From positions 1,536,001 to 1,600,000 of the forward strand of contig OY970399.1 in NCBI GenBank assembly GCA_963720545.1: a stretch of 64,000 bases of DNA. Reading direction: 5' to 3'. The notes beneath the pieces are model-generated. The model was not told the origin of the DNA. It saw only the letters and a program-made list of their open reading frames with translations, and did no database searches. Positions 19,812 to 30,006 of this stretch are shown piece after piece. Numbering within the stretch: position 1 is the first letter of the stretch; every line of letters starts with the position of its first letter. The position numbers and the translations under genes are program-made. The DNA is from an uncultured Acidobacteriota bacterium (lineage in GTDB: Bacteria > Acidobacteriota > Vicinamibacteria > Fen-336).

Positions 19812-20717
19812 TTAGAGATGCGTCTCCCCCGGGTCGCAGTCGAGGCTTTCCACCTGCACCGTCACGTGCTGTATCTCGAAGTCGCGGCTCAGGCACTGGC
19901 GCACGGCGGCGAGCACCTCCTGGTGCGACGCGCCGGCGGCGAGCACCGCATGCGCGCTCAAGGCGTTGACGCCCGAGGTCAGCGTCCAGACGTGCAGGTC
20001 GTGCACGCCGAGCACGCCCTGCACGGCGCACACGGCTTCGCGCAGCGCCGCCAGGTTGACGTTCGCCGGCGTGCCCTCGAGCAGCACGCCCACCGATTCG
20101 CGCAGCAGCTGCCAGGCGCGCGGCAGGATGAAGAGCGCGATGCCGATCGAGACCAGCGGATCGGCGTACGCCCAGCCGGTGAAGCGCATGACGACGCCGG
20201 CGACGATGACGCCGAGCGAAGCGATCATGTCGCCGAGCACCTCGAAGTACGCCGCCTTGACGTTGAGGCTGTGCGCCGAGCCCGATTGCAGGAGCAGCGC
20301 GCCCAGCGCATTGGCGACGAGACCGACGGCCGCCACCGCCAGCATCGTCCCGGTCGCCACCGGTTCGGGATTGCGCAGGCGGTTCCATGCCTCGAGCGCG
20401 ATCGAGATCGAGATGCCGGCGAGCAGCACCGCGTTCGCGAGCGCCGCCAGGATCTCGACACGGTAGTAGCCGTAGGTGCGCGCGGGCGTTGCCGGCCGCT
20501 CCGCGAACCTGACGGCGAACAGCGCGAGCCCCAGGCCGGCGATGTCGGTTGTCATGTGCGCGGCGTCGGCGAGCAGAGCCAGGCTGTTCGACAGGATGCC
20601 GCCCGCGACCTCGACGACCAGGACGATCGCGGAAAGACCCAGCACCAGCGCGAGGCGCCCCTTCTGTTCGCCGGCGCGCGATGGACCGTGCGCGTGGCCG
20701 GCGTGGCTGTGGCTCAT
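19812..20717 (-). CDS. Cation diffusion facilitator (CzcD/ZitB-like efflux)
   Basis: His-rich N-terminus, SLALLADAAHMTTD, TYGYYRVE, HDLHVW, HVTVQVE; ATG at 20717. Confidence 0.92.
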   Translation of the reverse strand: MSHSHAGHAHGPSRAGEQKGRLALVLGLSAIVLVVEVAGGILSNSLALLADAAHMTTDIAGLGLALFAVRFAERPATPARTYGYYRVEILAALANAVLLAGISISIALEAWNRLRNPEPVATGTMLAVAAVGLVANALGALLLQSGSAHSLNVKAAYFEVLGDMIASLGVIVAGVVMRFTGWAYADPLVSIGIALFILPRAWQLLRESVGVLLEGTPANVNLAALREAVCAVQGVLGVHDLHVWTLTSGVNALSAHAVLAAGASHQEVLAAVRQCLSRDFEIQHVTVQVESLDCDPGETHL

Positions 20718-22042
20718 GGCACGTCCGGCGCTTCGGTCGGCGCCGTCATTTCGCTGAAGCCGTAGCTCGGGTTCCACAGCTGCTTGCGGAAGCTCGGCAC
20801 CAAGGACGCGCAGAGAACCGCGGCGACGGCAGCGGCCATCAGCAGCCGCGCGCGCCCGGGTCGCGCCGAAGCGCGCAGGGTTGACACCGCGGCAGCGAAC
20901 ACGAACAGCACCGGCATCACCGGCAACCGGTAACGCGCGAAGCCGTGGGTTGCCACGTGCAACATCATGTAGAGGAACAGCAGCTCCAGGAGCCAGATGG
21001 CGTGGCGGCCCAGCGGCACGCGCGCCAGGGCGGCAACGAACAGCGCCAGCACGGCGAGATAGGGAGCGAGCACCACCACCGCGGTCGCAATCGCCGCACC
21101 GCGCGCGACGCTGCCGTAGGCGCCGCGGCGGATGTGGATGAGCGCCAGGCTGTCGGCTTCCCAGAAGTTCGGCAGCTGCTCGCCCAGCTTCTCGAAGAGC
21201 CAGCCGGGCTGGCGGTCGCGGATTGCTTCGAGCCCCATGCCCATGGCGAATCGGTACTGTTCTATCCTGCCCTGCACGGCTTCGTAGCGATCGTAGACCT
21301 CCTGCCGTGTCAGGCGCGCATTGCCCTGGAAGAGGTTGAGGCCGCCGGCTGTGGAGACCGGCACGAAGGCGCGGAAGCGAAGATAGTTGCGCAGGGTCCA
21401 GGGTGCCACCGTGAGGAGTGCGACGAGCAGCAGCAACGCGCCGCGGCGGGCGCCACCGGGGCGGGACGCGCGCCACGCAAGGCCCACGGCGAAGAGCGGA
21501 ATGAAGTAGAGCACGGTCTCACGGGTGAGAACGGCGAGGCCGAAGAGCAAACCGGCGGCTGCTGCCGCGCCCAGGCTTGCGTTGCTGTCGGCCGCAAGCA
21601 GGCGCTCGATCGCCCACCACAGGAACACGATGAACAGCGTTTCCGACCAGAAGTGCACGCTGAACCACGTGAGCTCGGGATAGAGCGCGGTGATGAGCGC
21701 GGCGCAGAGCGCCGCGCGTGTGCCGTAGAGGCGATCCGTGATGCGGTACACCGCCGGGATCAGGAGCAACGAAACCAGGACCTGCGCCACCTTGACCGCG
21801 GTGAGCGTGCCGAACGGCGCGAACACCAGCGCGATGAAGTAAGGATAGAGCGGCGGATAGAAGATCATGTTGGTGCGCAGCGGCGAAAGCGAGACGCGCG
21901 GCGAGAGCAAGCCGTCGATCGCCCAGTTGGTCCAGGTGCGCTCGTCGGCGACCGGCGCCGTCTGCGGTTCGAGCCACAAGAACAAGGCCCGGACGAAGAG
22001 CCCGAGCAGCACGACGAGGGCGAGGCGGGAGAGCCGGGGCAT
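20714..22042 (-). CDS. GT-C membrane glycosyltransferase (ArnT/PMT-like)
   Basis: Multi-TM; DE motif after TM1, YPPLYP, SETLF, RYRLP. Confidence 0.82.
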   Translation of the reverse strand: MPRLSRLALVVLLGLFVRALFLWLEPQTAPVADERTWTNWAIDGLLSPRVSLSPLRTNMIFYPPLYPYFIALVFAPFGTLTAVKVAQVLVSLLLIPAVYRITDRLYGTRAALCAALITALYPELTWFSVHFWSETLFIVFLWWAIERLLAADSNASLGAAAAAGLLFGLAVLTRETVLYFIPLFAVGLAWRASRPGGARRGALLLLVALLTVAPWTLRNYLRFRAFVPVSTAGGLNLFQGNARLTRQEVYDRYEAVQGRIEQYRFAMGMGLEAIRDRQPGWLFEKLGEQLPNFWEADSLALIHIRRGAYGSVARGAAIATAVVVLAPYLAVLALFVAALARVPLGRHAIWLLELLFLYMMLHVATHGFARYRLPVMPVLFVFAAAVSTLRASARPGRARLLMAAAVAAVLCASLVPSFRKQLWNPSYGFSEMTAPTEAPDVP

Positions 22043-22079
22043 GCGGGGGCTTTTCGGACCTTAGCGGATAATGGATCGA

Positions 22080-24314
22080 ATGTGGTTGTCCCGCCGTGCC
22101 TCGTTGATCGCTGTTGCGCTCACCGGCGCCGCATGCGTGCCCTCCTCGGGATGCCGGTCGCGCGGCAACGTCACTGACTTTCTCGATAGCGCCGCCTCGG
22201 CAGCGCGGCTCGAAGCCGTGGTGGCCGGGCGCGATGCGGCCTGGGTGGGGCCGCAAACCGGCAAGCACGTGTGGATCAACGACGTCGCCTTCCGCACGCT
22301 TCCGGCCTCCCCGCCCAGCACCATCCGCTACAAGGTGCGCATCCCCCGCGGCGCGCGCCTCACGTTCGCCTGCGGCATTCCCGAGGCGCGCCAGGACCGC
22401 CCCGGCGTCGAGTTCGTGGTGAAGGTGCGCCGCAACGATTCGGAGGACGCGGTCTTCACGGAGCTCATCGACCCGCTGCGCCGCCCCGAGCACCGCACCT
22501 GGCAGCACCGCAGCGTCGACCTTGCGAAGTACGCGGGCGACGCCGAGATCACCTTCGAGACCCGCGGTTACGCGAGCGAAGAGAAGGACGCCGACGGCCG
22601 CTACGCCTATTGGGGGGCGCCGGCGCTGACGCTGCCGGCGGGCGCGGCGCCGCTGGTCATCGTCTATCTCGTCGACACGCTGCGCGCCGACCACACCTCG
22701 GCGTACGGCTACGCGCGCGACACGACACCGCGCCTCAACGAGTTCGCGAAGGATGCGGTGCTGTTCGAGACCGCGATCTCGCAGGCATCCTGGACCAAGC
22801 CGGCGGTCGCGTCGCTCTTCACCTCGCTGCTGCCGGGGCGTCACCGCGCCGTGCAGCTGCGCGACGCGCTCGACCTCGGCCATGTCACGATCGCCGAGAT
22901 GCTCGCCGCCAAGGGCTACGCGACGGGCGCCGCCATCGCCAACTCGGTGATCTACTCGCCCGGCAGCAACTTCGAGCAGGGCTTCGACTATTTCGCCGGC
23001 ATGCACGGCGAGGGCAACCGGCCGTCGAAGCTCGTCGGCGCCGCGAAGGTGGTGGACGGCGGGCTCGAGTGGCTGGAAGCGCGGCGCGGCATGCCCACCT
23101 TCCTCTACGTCCACACCATGGACCCGCACGTGCCCTACCAGCCGCCACCGCCGTTCGACCGCATGTTCGAGCCGCATCCGGCCCCGGGACATCCCGGCGC
23201 AGACCCGCGCACCGACTACACCGAGCCTGCCGACCGCGACCGGCTGATCGCGCAGTACGACGGCGACGTCGCGTACGGCGACCAGGAGTTCGGCCGCTTC
23301 GTCACCAGTCTGCGCGAGCGCGGCCTCTACGACCAGGCGACGATCGTGTTCCTCGGCGACCACGGCGAGGAATTCCTCGACCACGGCAAGTGGCTGCACG
23401 GCCGCAGCGTCTTCGACGAGTTGGTGCGCGTGCCGTTGCTCGTGAAGTTTCCTGGCAATCGCGGCGGCGGCAAGCGCGTGAAACAGATGGTGCAGGTGGT
23501 GGACGTGATGCCGACGATCCTGGCGCAGGAAGGGCTGCCGGTTCCCAACCCGCCGGTGATCGCGGGGCGGCCGCTGCAGAAAGTGGTCGCGGGCGGCGCG
23601 CCCGAACCGCCGGCCGTCTCCGAGATCTCGCACCGCGGCAACGTCGCCTTCGGCATGCGCACGGCGCAGGACAAGTACATCCGCCGTTTCGCTCCCGAAG
23701 AGGACGAGCTCTATTTCGACCTCGTGGACGACCCGAAGGAAGTGGCGAACCGTTTCGATCCTGGCTCGGAGCGGGTGCGCATGCTGAAGGCGGGGGTGGA
23801 AGCGGCGATGGTGCCGAACCCGTTCCGCCACAACATGCGCGTCACCGGCCCCGGCCGCTACGAGCTGCGGCTGCGCACCGGCGGCTGGGTCGAGGGAGTC
23901 GAAGCAGCAGGCCTCGGCAGCGGCGAACGCTACAGCGTCGAGGCCAACGGCCGGCGGCTGAGCCTGAGCCTCGCGCCCGGCGCCGGCAAGGAGCGGCTCA
24001 TCGCCTTCGGCGTGCGGCCCATCGGCGCGCCGGTGTGGGTGGAGGGCACGAAGGACGGCCGCCCGCTCGCGGCGGGCGAGGTGTTCATCGCCGAGGAGGG
24101 CGTGCACCCCGCGGCCGTGCCCTTCAAGTTCCCCGAGATCGAGTCGTCGTCCGAAAACGAGAACGAGCGCTTCTACAACGTGCTGGCGCCGCCCAGGGGA
24201 GCGCATCACGGCATTTCCCTGTGGCTCGCTGCGCAGTCCGGCAAGCGCTACCTCGAGCTCGACAAGGAAACCCGCGAGCGCCTCAAAGCTCTCGGCTACC
24301 TGGGCCCGGGCTAG
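22080..24314 (+). CDS. Sulfatase-like (alkaline phosphatase superfamily) lipoprotein
   Basis: Lipobox-like LTGAAC; DTLRAD, SWTKPA, DPHVPY, YDGDV, GDHGEEF, RLKALGY; start may be 22071 or 22080. Confidence 0.85.
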   Translation: MWLSRRASLIAVALTGAACVPSSGCRSRGNVTDFLDSAASAARLEAVVAGRDAAWVGPQTGKHVWINDVAFRTLPASPPSTIRYKVRIPRGARLTFACGIPEARQDRPGVEFVVKVRRNDSEDAVFTELIDPLRRPEHRTWQHRSVDLAKYAGDAEITFETRGYASEEKDADGRYAYWGAPALTLPAGAAPLVIVYLVDTLRADHTSAYGYARDTTPRLNEFAKDAVLFETAISQASWTKPAVASLFTSLLPGRHRAVQLRDALDLGHVTIAEMLAAKGYATGAAIANSVIYSPGSNFEQGFDYFAGMHGEGNRPSKLVGAAKVVDGGLEWLEARRGMPTFLYVHTMDPHVPYQPPPPFDRMFEPHPAPGHPGADPRTDYTEPADRDRLIAQYDGDVAYGDQEFGRFVTSLRERGLYDQATIVFLGDHGEEFLDHGKWLHGRSVFDELVRVPLLVKFPGNRGGGKRVKQMVQVVDVMPTILAQEGLPVPNPPVIAGRPLQKVVAGGAPEPPAVSEISHRGNVAFGMRTAQDKYIRRFAPEEDELYFDLVDDPKEVANRFDPGSERVRMLKAGVEAAMVPNPFRHNMRVTGPGRYELRLRTGGWVEGVEAAGLGSGERYSVEANGRRLSLSLAPGAGKERLIAFGVRPIGAPVWVEGTKDGRPLAAGEVFIAEEGVHPAAVPFKFPEIESSSENENERFYNVLAPPRGAHHGISLWLAAQSGKRYLELDKETRERLKALGYLGPG

Positions 24315-24317
24315 GGC

Positions 24318-24968
24318 GTGAAGCGGCCGCGCCTCGTGGTCTTCGACCTCGACGGCACCCTCATCGATTCGGTGGCGGATCTCGCGACCGCGCTGAACGA
24401 AACGCTGCGCGACCTCGAGCCAGGCTCGCTGGGCCTGCCGCTCGACCGGGTGCGCTCGTTCGTCGGTGAAGGCGCGCGGCGGCTGGTGTCGCGCGGCCTC
24501 GACGCCGCGGGCATTCCCACGGATCCCGATGCCGCGGTGAACGTTTTCATGGAGCGCTACTCCCACCACCTGCTCGACACCACGCGCTTCTATCCCGGAG
24601 TCGAGGCACTCCTGCGCGGCCTCGCCGGCCGGCGGCTCGCGGTGCTCACCAACAAGCCGGGCGGCTTCAGTCGCGCGATCCTCGCGGGCCTGGGCGGCGC
24701 CGGGCATTTTTTCGCGGTCATTGGCGGCGACGACGGCGCGCGCAAGCCCGACCCTGCCGGTTTGCTGCGGCTTTGTGCCGCTGCCGGCGCCGCGCCGCGA
24801 GAAGCCGTGCTCGTGGGCGATTCGGCGATCGACGTGCGCACGGCGCGTGCCGCGTCGGTGCCGATGATCGGCGTCAGCTGGGGCCTGGCGCCGGCGGGAT
24901 TCGCCGCCGACCCGCCGGACTTCGTGGTGCACACTCCAGCGGAGCTGCTCGCAGCGCTCGGCGGCTGA
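24318..24968 (+). CDS. HAD-family phosphatase (phosphoglycolate phosphatase-like)
   Basis: FDLDGTLIDS, LTNKP, KPDP, VGDSAID. Confidence 0.88.
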   Translation: MKRPRLVVFDLDGTLIDSVADLATALNETLRDLEPGSLGLPLDRVRSFVGEGARRLVSRGLDAAGIPTDPDAAVNVFMERYSHHLLDTTRFYPGVEALLRGLAGRRLAVLTNKPGGFSRAILAGLGGAGHFFAVIGGDDGARKPDPAGLLRLCAAAGAAPREAVLVGDSAIDVRTARAASVPMIGVSWGLAPAGFAADPPDFVVHTPAELLAALGG

Positions 24969-24983
24969 AGCCATCCCGCGCGC

Positions 24984-25023
24984 TTGACAGCGTGATACCA
25001 CTGTGATATCACTTTGATGTCAC
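24984..25023 (+). promoter_or_regulatory. Promoter with three 11-bp-phased GTGATATCAC-like palindromic operator boxes
   Basis: TTGACA at 24984; GTGATACCAC (24992), GTGATATCAC (25003), TTGATGTCAC (25014); GGAGG RBS follows. Confidence 0.75.
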
Positions 25024-25029
25024 GGAGGA

Positions 25030-25908
25030 ATGGCGATGGCGATGATCCAGGAAAAGCTGCGCGGCACGGCGTCGGGCTTGGCGATGATCGGCGTGGTTCT
25101 GGCGCTGTTGGCGGCCGGCGCTTTCGGTGTCCACCAGGCGGCGCTCACCGCGTCGCCGGCCCTCGGCATTGGCGCCGGGTTGGTCGTCGCGCTGGCGGCG
25201 TTCGTTGCCGCCGGGCTCTTCATGGTGAACCCCAACGAGGCGCGGGTGCTGCAGCTCTTCGGCGCCTATCGCGGCACGGTCCGCGACTCGGGCCTGCGCT
25301 GGGCGAACCCGTTCTTCTCCAAGCGCCCGTTGTCGGTGCGGGTCCGCAACTTCGAGAGCGGCAAGCTGAAGGTGAACGACCGCGAAGGCAACCCGATCGA
25401 GATCGCGGCCATCGTCGTGTGGCGCGTGGTCGATACGGCGGAGGCGCTGTTCGAGGTGGACAACTACGAGAACTACATCAAGGTGCAGAGCGAGTCGGCG
25501 CTGCGCGGGCTCGCCAGCCGCTACGCGTACGACGGCGGCGACGAGGACGTCTCGCTGCGCGGCGGCACCCAGGCCGTGGCCGCCGACCTGCAGCACGAGG
25601 TGCAGGCGCGCCTGGCCAAGGCCGGCATCGAGGTGATGGAAGCGCGCATCAGCCACCTCGCGTACGCTCCCGAGATCGCCGCCGCCATGCTGCGCCGCCA
25701 GCAGGCGGGCGCCATCATCGCCGCACGGCAGAAGATCGTCGAAGGCGCGGTCGGCATGGTGGAGATGGCGCTCGATATGCTGGCGAAGAGCGACAAGGTG
25801 GCGCTCGACGAGGACCGTAAGGCGGCCATGGTGAGCAACCTGCTGGTGGTGCTGTGCGCCGACCGCGAGGCCCAGCCGGTGGTCAACACCGGCACGCTCT
25901 ATCAATAG
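25030..25908 (+). CDS. SPFH/band 7 domain membrane protein
   Basis: Two [49 protein letters not shown]. Confidence 0.9.
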   Translation: MAMAMIQEKLRGTASGLAMIGVVLALLAAGAFGVHQAALTASPALGIGAGLVVALAAFVAAGLFMVNPNEARVLQLFGAYRGTVRDSGLRWANPFFSKRPLSVRVRNFESGKLKVNDREGNPIEIAAIVVWRVVDTAEALFEVDNYENYIKVQSESALRGLASRYAYDGGDEDVSLRGGTQAVAADLQHEVQARLAKAGIEVMEARISHLAYAPEIAAAMLRRQQAGAIIAARQKIVEGAVGMVEMALDMLAKSDKVALDEDRKAAMVSNLLVVLCADREAQPVVNTGTLYQ

Positions 25909-25912
25909 GCCG

Positions 25913-26101
25913 ATGGCGGAACGCAAGGCCTTCCTGCTGCGGATCGACCCGGCGGTGCTGGGCGCCGTGCAGAAGTGGGCGGACGACGACCTGCGCAGCC
26001 TGAACGCGCAGGTCGAGTTCCTGCTGCGGCGGGTGCTTGCCGATGCCGGGCGCCTCAGGACGCCAAAGCCGAAGCCGCAGTCCGCCGACCAGAAGCCCTG
26101 A
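25913..26101 (+). CDS. Small Arc/ribbon-helix-helix DNA-binding protein
   Basis: RKAFLLRID beta strand then WADDDLRSLNAQVEFLL helices; directly after the SPFH gene. Confidence 0.8.
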   Translation: MAERKAFLLRIDPAVLGAVQKWADDDLRSLNAQVEFLLRRVLADAGRLRTPKPKPQSADQKP

Positions 26102-26111
26102 GGGGCGGCCG

Positions 26112-26756
26112 CTACCGCACTGCGCCGCGCAGCACGTCGGCGGTGCGCACGATCGCGACTCCGCGGCTGCGCCAGTCGGCAACCAGCTCGCGCCCGCGGC
26201 GCGCGTGAATCGGCCGCGCGGCGTCCGCGACCAGGGCCACGTCGATGCCGCCGCGCGCCAGGAAGCCCTCGATCGCGTAGGCGTTGCAGACATCGGTGGC
26301 AACCCCGTAGACCACGATGGTGCGCGGCACCAGCAGGTCGAGGAGCCGCGTGGTGTTCGGATTCGTGAACACGTCGAAGCACGACTTCCGGACGAGGATG
26401 GCGGTCCGCTCCCCCACCAGCCGGCGCAAGGCACTCACGGCGAGCGCCTTGCTGCTGTTGGGCACGACCGCGGGGTCGCGCATGGCGGTGGCGGCGATCT
26501 TGCGCTGGCCGCGCGTGCCGCGCAGGCAGTGCGGCGGAAAGGTCGTGAGGAAATCGGGGTTGGGCGAAATCTCGGGATCGGCGAGCACGTGATCGTCCAC
26601 CGATGCCACGCGCACGATGCCGTGGGTGCGCGCGTAGCTCGTCAGCGCGCGCAGGCGCGGCACGATGCGCTCGGCGCCCGGGACGTAGAGCTTGCCCTCG
26701 GAACGCATGAAATCGAACTGCGTGTCCACGTCCCAGAACACCAAAGAAGCCATCAC
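26112..26756 (-). CDS. Nicotinamidase/isochorismatase-family cysteine hydrolase
   Basis: DVDTQFDF, DDH, FPPHC, K, GVATDVC catalytic and metal motifs. Confidence 0.85.
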   Translation of the reverse strand: MMASLVFWDVDTQFDFMRSEGKLYVPGAERIVPRLRALTSYARTHGIVRVASVDDHVLADPEISPNPDFLTTFPPHCLRGTRGQRKIAATAMRDPAVVPNSSKALAVSALRRLVGERTAILVRKSCFDVFTNPNTTRLLDLLVPRTIVVYGVATDVCNAYAIEGFLARGGIDVALVADAARPIHARRGRELVADWRSRGVAIVRTADVLRGAVR

Positions 26757-26800
26757 ACCCTCGCGAGTCCATCCTACGCGGAGTTGGTAGAGTCACCGGC

Positions 26801-27544
26801 GTGCCACCCCTCGTGATCGCGCATCGCGGCGACTCGTCCGCGCGCCCGGAGAATACGTTGCTGTCGTTCGCGAGCGCCCTCGAAGCGGGCGCAGCACTCG
26901 TGGAGTTCGACGTGCAGCTGACGCGCGACCGGCAAATCGTGGTCATCCACGACCCCAGCGTCGATCGCACCACCGACGGCCGCGGCGCCGTCAAGGACCT
27001 GACGCTCGCCGAGATCCGCAAGCTGTCGGCGGGCTATCCGCAGCGCTTCGGCGCGGCATACCGCGGCGAACGGGTGCCGACGCTCGCCGAGGTGCTTGGG
27101 TTCCTCAAGGGCCGCGCGCGCGCGCTGGTGGAGATCAAGCACGAAGCGATGAGCGACGATGCCGACGCCGGCATCGAAGCGCTGACGGTTGCCGCGATCC
27201 GCCGCCAGGAAATGCAGCACCAGGCGGTGATCCTCGCCTTCCACCCCGAGGCGCTGCGCCGCTGCCGCCGTCACGGCCCCGAGATCGTGCGCGGCCACCT
27301 GTTCCACGACCGCTCGCCCGCGGACATCGTCGCCGGCGCCCTCGACGCCGGCGCGCCGCTGGTCCTGCCCCACAAGTCGCTGCTCAGCGACGACCTCGCG
27401 GCGCGCTGCGCCGCCGCGTCGCTCAAGGTGGCCACGTGGGTCGTCGACGACCCCGAAGAACTGCAGTCGCTGCAGCGCTTCGACCTCTACGGCATCGGCA
27501 CCAACCGCCCGGCCGCCATCCTCGAGGCGCTTCTCCCCGCCTGA
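26801..27544 (+). CDS. Glycerophosphodiester phosphodiesterase
   Basis: IAHRG, PENT, EFDVQLTRD, VIHD, VEIK, WVVD, TNRP. Confidence 0.92.
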   Translation: MPPLVIAHRGDSSARPENTLLSFASALEAGAALVEFDVQLTRDRQIVVIHDPSVDRTTDGRGAVKDLTLAEIRKLSAGYPQRFGAAYRGERVPTLAEVLGFLKGRARALVEIKHEAMSDDADAGIEALTVAAIRRQEMQHQAVILAFHPEALRRCRRHGPEIVRGHLFHDRSPADIVAGALDAGAPLVLPHKSLLSDDLAARCAAASLKVATWVVDDPEELQSLQRFDLYGIGTNRPAAILEALLPA

Positions 27545-27547
27545 GCG

Positions 27548-28777
27548 CTACTGCTCGACTTCGTGGATGACGAGGCCCGCCGGCAGCTTGGGCTGGAAGA
27601 AGGTGCTCTTCGGCGGCATCGACAGGCGGTTGTCGGCGACGGCCTTGATCTGCGCTACCGGGGTGCCGCGCATCAGCACCGCCAGGCGGCACCGATCCTC
27701 CTCGAGGGCTTCCTCGGCTTCGCGCAGCGAGTGCACGAACTGCACGCTCTCCTCGGGCACGTGCAGCAGGCTCGGCAGCACGCCGTGGTGCAGCAGGTAG
27801 CTGTCGAGCGCGGCGAGTGGTGCCGGCGTGTCGGCGCCGATCAGGGCGCGAGCGCCTGGCAGCGACTCGGCCACGAACACGCCGCGGCCGGGCTCGGCAA
27901 GTGCGAACGCGTGTGGCATCGGCGACTGCGCCGCCTCGTGGGCGCCTGCGGCCACGCTCTTCACGTCGCGCACGCGGAACAGGGAGCCGAGCGCATCGCG
28001 CGCCTGCTCCAGCGAGGGACCGCTCGTCAGCACTCGGTGATAGGGCTGCACCGACAGGCCCGGCGACTGCATCGGCGTGAAGTACGCCATGGTCCAGGCG
28101 CCTTCCGGGCCGACCTGGTCGCGGTAGCGCAGCGCGGTCGCGTAGCGGTGATGGCCGTCGGCGATGTACGAGAGGCCCGTGGCGATGAGCGCCGTGTAGC
28201 GCTCCATGTCGCCGCCCGCCGCCAGGTAGAGACGGTTGACGACGCGCTGGTCGTCGAGGTACGCGGCTACGGGCGAAACGTTCGCGATGCTCTTGGCGAG
28301 CGCCGCCGCCAGCTCGCCGCGCGGGTCGTCGTGCATCAAGAAGATCGGGCTGAAGTTGGCGCGGGTCGCGAGCAGCATGCGCCAGCGGTCCTCGCGCGCC
28401 GCGGCGCGGGTGTGCTCGTGCGGCAGGATCGAACCGCTCTCGAGGTCCTCGGCGCGGCAGCGCGCGATCAGGCCGAGCCGCTTCAGTTCCCTGCCGTCAA
28501 TGTCGAAGGTCTGCTCGAGCACGTAGTAGGAGGGTTCATCGTCGGCGCGGATCACCCGCTCAGCGCGCAGTCGCAGCAGCGTGTCGCCCGCATCCGCGTA
28601 GCCGGCATCGCCCAGCGTGCGGTTCAGCTCCATGCGGATGACGTTGCGCGGATCGCGGGCGTAGAGCGCGTCGCGGTAGGAAGCCGAGATGACGTCGTAG
28701 GGCGGCGACAGCACGAGGGCGAGGTCTTCGCCGCCGATGTGGTAGCGCAGGCCGCGGAACGGGCGAATCTCTGGCAT
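27548..28777 (-). CDS. DUF1015 family protein
   Basis: MPEIRPFRGLRY, PPYDVI, ILPHEHT, IADGHHRY, MPPKSTFFQPK; ATG at 28777. Confidence 0.88.
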   Translation of the reverse strand: MPEIRPFRGLRYHIGGEDLALVLSPPYDVISASYRDALYARDPRNVIRMELNRTLGDAGYADAGDTLLRLRAERVIRADDEPSYYVLEQTFDIDGRELKRLGLIARCRAEDLESGSILPHEHTRAAAREDRWRMLLATRANFSPIFLMHDDPRGELAAALAKSIANVSPVAAYLDDQRVVNRLYLAAGGDMERYTALIATGLSYIADGHHRYATALRYRDQVGPEGAWTMAYFTPMQSPGLSVQPYHRVLTSGPSLEQARDALGSLFRVRDVKSVAAGAHEAAQSPMPHAFALAEPGRGVFVAESLPGARALIGADTPAPLAALDSYLLHHGVLPSLLHVPEESVQFVHSLREAEEALEEDRCRLAVLMRGTPVAQIKAVADNRLSMPPKSTFFQPKLPAGLVIHEVEQ

Positions 28778-30006
28778 CAGAACTCCGACACGAAATCGAC
28801 ATGGTAAAGCAGGCGCGCCGAGCCGACTCCGATCTCGGCGCCGTTCTCGAGCGCCGCGGACTCGATGCGCTTGCCATTGATCCACGTGCCGTTGCGGCTC
28901 TTGAGGTCGGTGAGGGTGAAGCCGTCCGAAGTGCGGTCGAGGCGCGCGTGGAACCCCGACACCTTGGGATCGGTGATGACGATGTCGTTGGTGCGGTGCC
29001 GGCCGATGGCGTACGAGTCGCGGTTCAGCGGCAGCGCGTTCATGGCGCCGCTCTGGCCCTGGACGATGAGCCGGCTCAGCGTGACGTGCTTGACGCGCTC
29101 GGCGTAGCCGACCGCCTCCGCCTGCACCAGGTGGCGGCGGTCGTCCTCGGCCTTGGGCTCGATCGGCGCCGACGAGCTCATGGCGACCGATGTGACGGGA
29201 CCAGGGTCGCCCTTCTCGCGCAGCTCGCGCGTGCCGGGCCCGGCCGCCACCACTTCGATCGCGACCGCCTGCGCCGCCTCCTCGAGCCGCTCGGGGCCGA
29301 GCCGCAGGAAGCGCGCCAACAGCATGCGGTCGACGATCGCGAGCGCCTCGCCGTTTTCGCCAAGCCCCGCGAGGCGGCACACTTCCTCGGCGGTGCGCCG
29401 GCCGTCGACGAGGAACAACACGCGCCATTCCTCTTCGGTGAGCGACACCGTCTGCTTGAGGCTCTCGGCGCTCAGCAGCGCTTCGAGCATGTGGCACGCG
29501 CGCCTGGGCAGGCTCTCGCCCACGGCGGCGGGGTCGATGCGGCGCACGCCCTCCATCACCAGGCTGTAGAAATCGAGGTCGAGGCGAACCGACTTGATCG
29601 GCACCGGGACGCCGGGAAAGAACGTGAAGCAGCCCCTCGCCCAGGAAAAGGCGTCGAAGAGAATGGCGGACGCCTGCACCTTGAGCGCCGCGAGCAGGTC
29701 GGCTTCGGTGAGGTCGCCCGAAGCGATGAGCTGCTGGCCCAGCCGCAGCGGCGAGGCGTCGTGCAGGCGTAGCGCTTCCTTCACCTTCGCCGGCGCGACC
29801 TTGCCCTGGCGCTCGAGCAGGCCGCCGAGCCGGAATTCGGGGCGCGTCGAGTGCGCGCTCACCGGCCGGCCTTCTTCGACGAAGATCTTGGCCTCCGCCT
29901 CGTCCGTCTCGAGGACCAGGGCGCCGCTGCGCCGGCTGCGGTGCAGCATGCCGAGCACGTCGGGCAGGGCGAACCCCGCGAGGTCGCCGCGCAGGGAGCT
30001 CTGCAT
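28777..30006 (-). CDS. DUF4388 (PATAN-like) + FHA domain protein
   Basis: LRGDLAGFALPDVL...SGAL, RLGGLL; C-terminal IGR...VSGFHA...DLKSRNGTWING; ATG at 30006. Confidence 0.85.
   Translation of the reverse strand: MQSSLRGDLAGFALPDVLGMLHRSRRSGALVLETDEAEAKIFVEEGRPVSAHSTRPEFRLGGLLERQGKVAPAKVKEALRLHDASPLRLGQQLIASGDLTEADLLAALKVQASAILFDAFSWARGCFTFFPGVPVPIKSVRLDLDFYSLVMEGVRRIDPAAVGESLPRRACHMLEALLSAESLKQTVSLTEEEWRVLFLVDGRRTAEEVCRLAGLGENGEALAIVDRMLLARFLRLGPERLEEAAQAVAIEVVAAGPGTRELREKGDPGPVTSVAMSSSAPIEPKAEDDRRHLVQAEAVGYAERVKHVTLSRLIVQGQSGAMNALPLNRDSYAIGRHRTNDIVITDPKVSGFHARLDRTSDGFTLTDLKSRNGTWINGKRIESAALENGAEIGVGSARLLYHVDFVSEF

Noticed and set aside
21519..25001. 1160-aa minus-strand ORF and many other long antisense or alternate-frame ORFs (e.g. 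2735-4411, 6566-8347, 33206-35659, 56744-58687)
   Set aside because: Shadow ORFs of high-GC genes: Arg/Ala/Gly-rich, no motifs, fully overlapping well-supported genes
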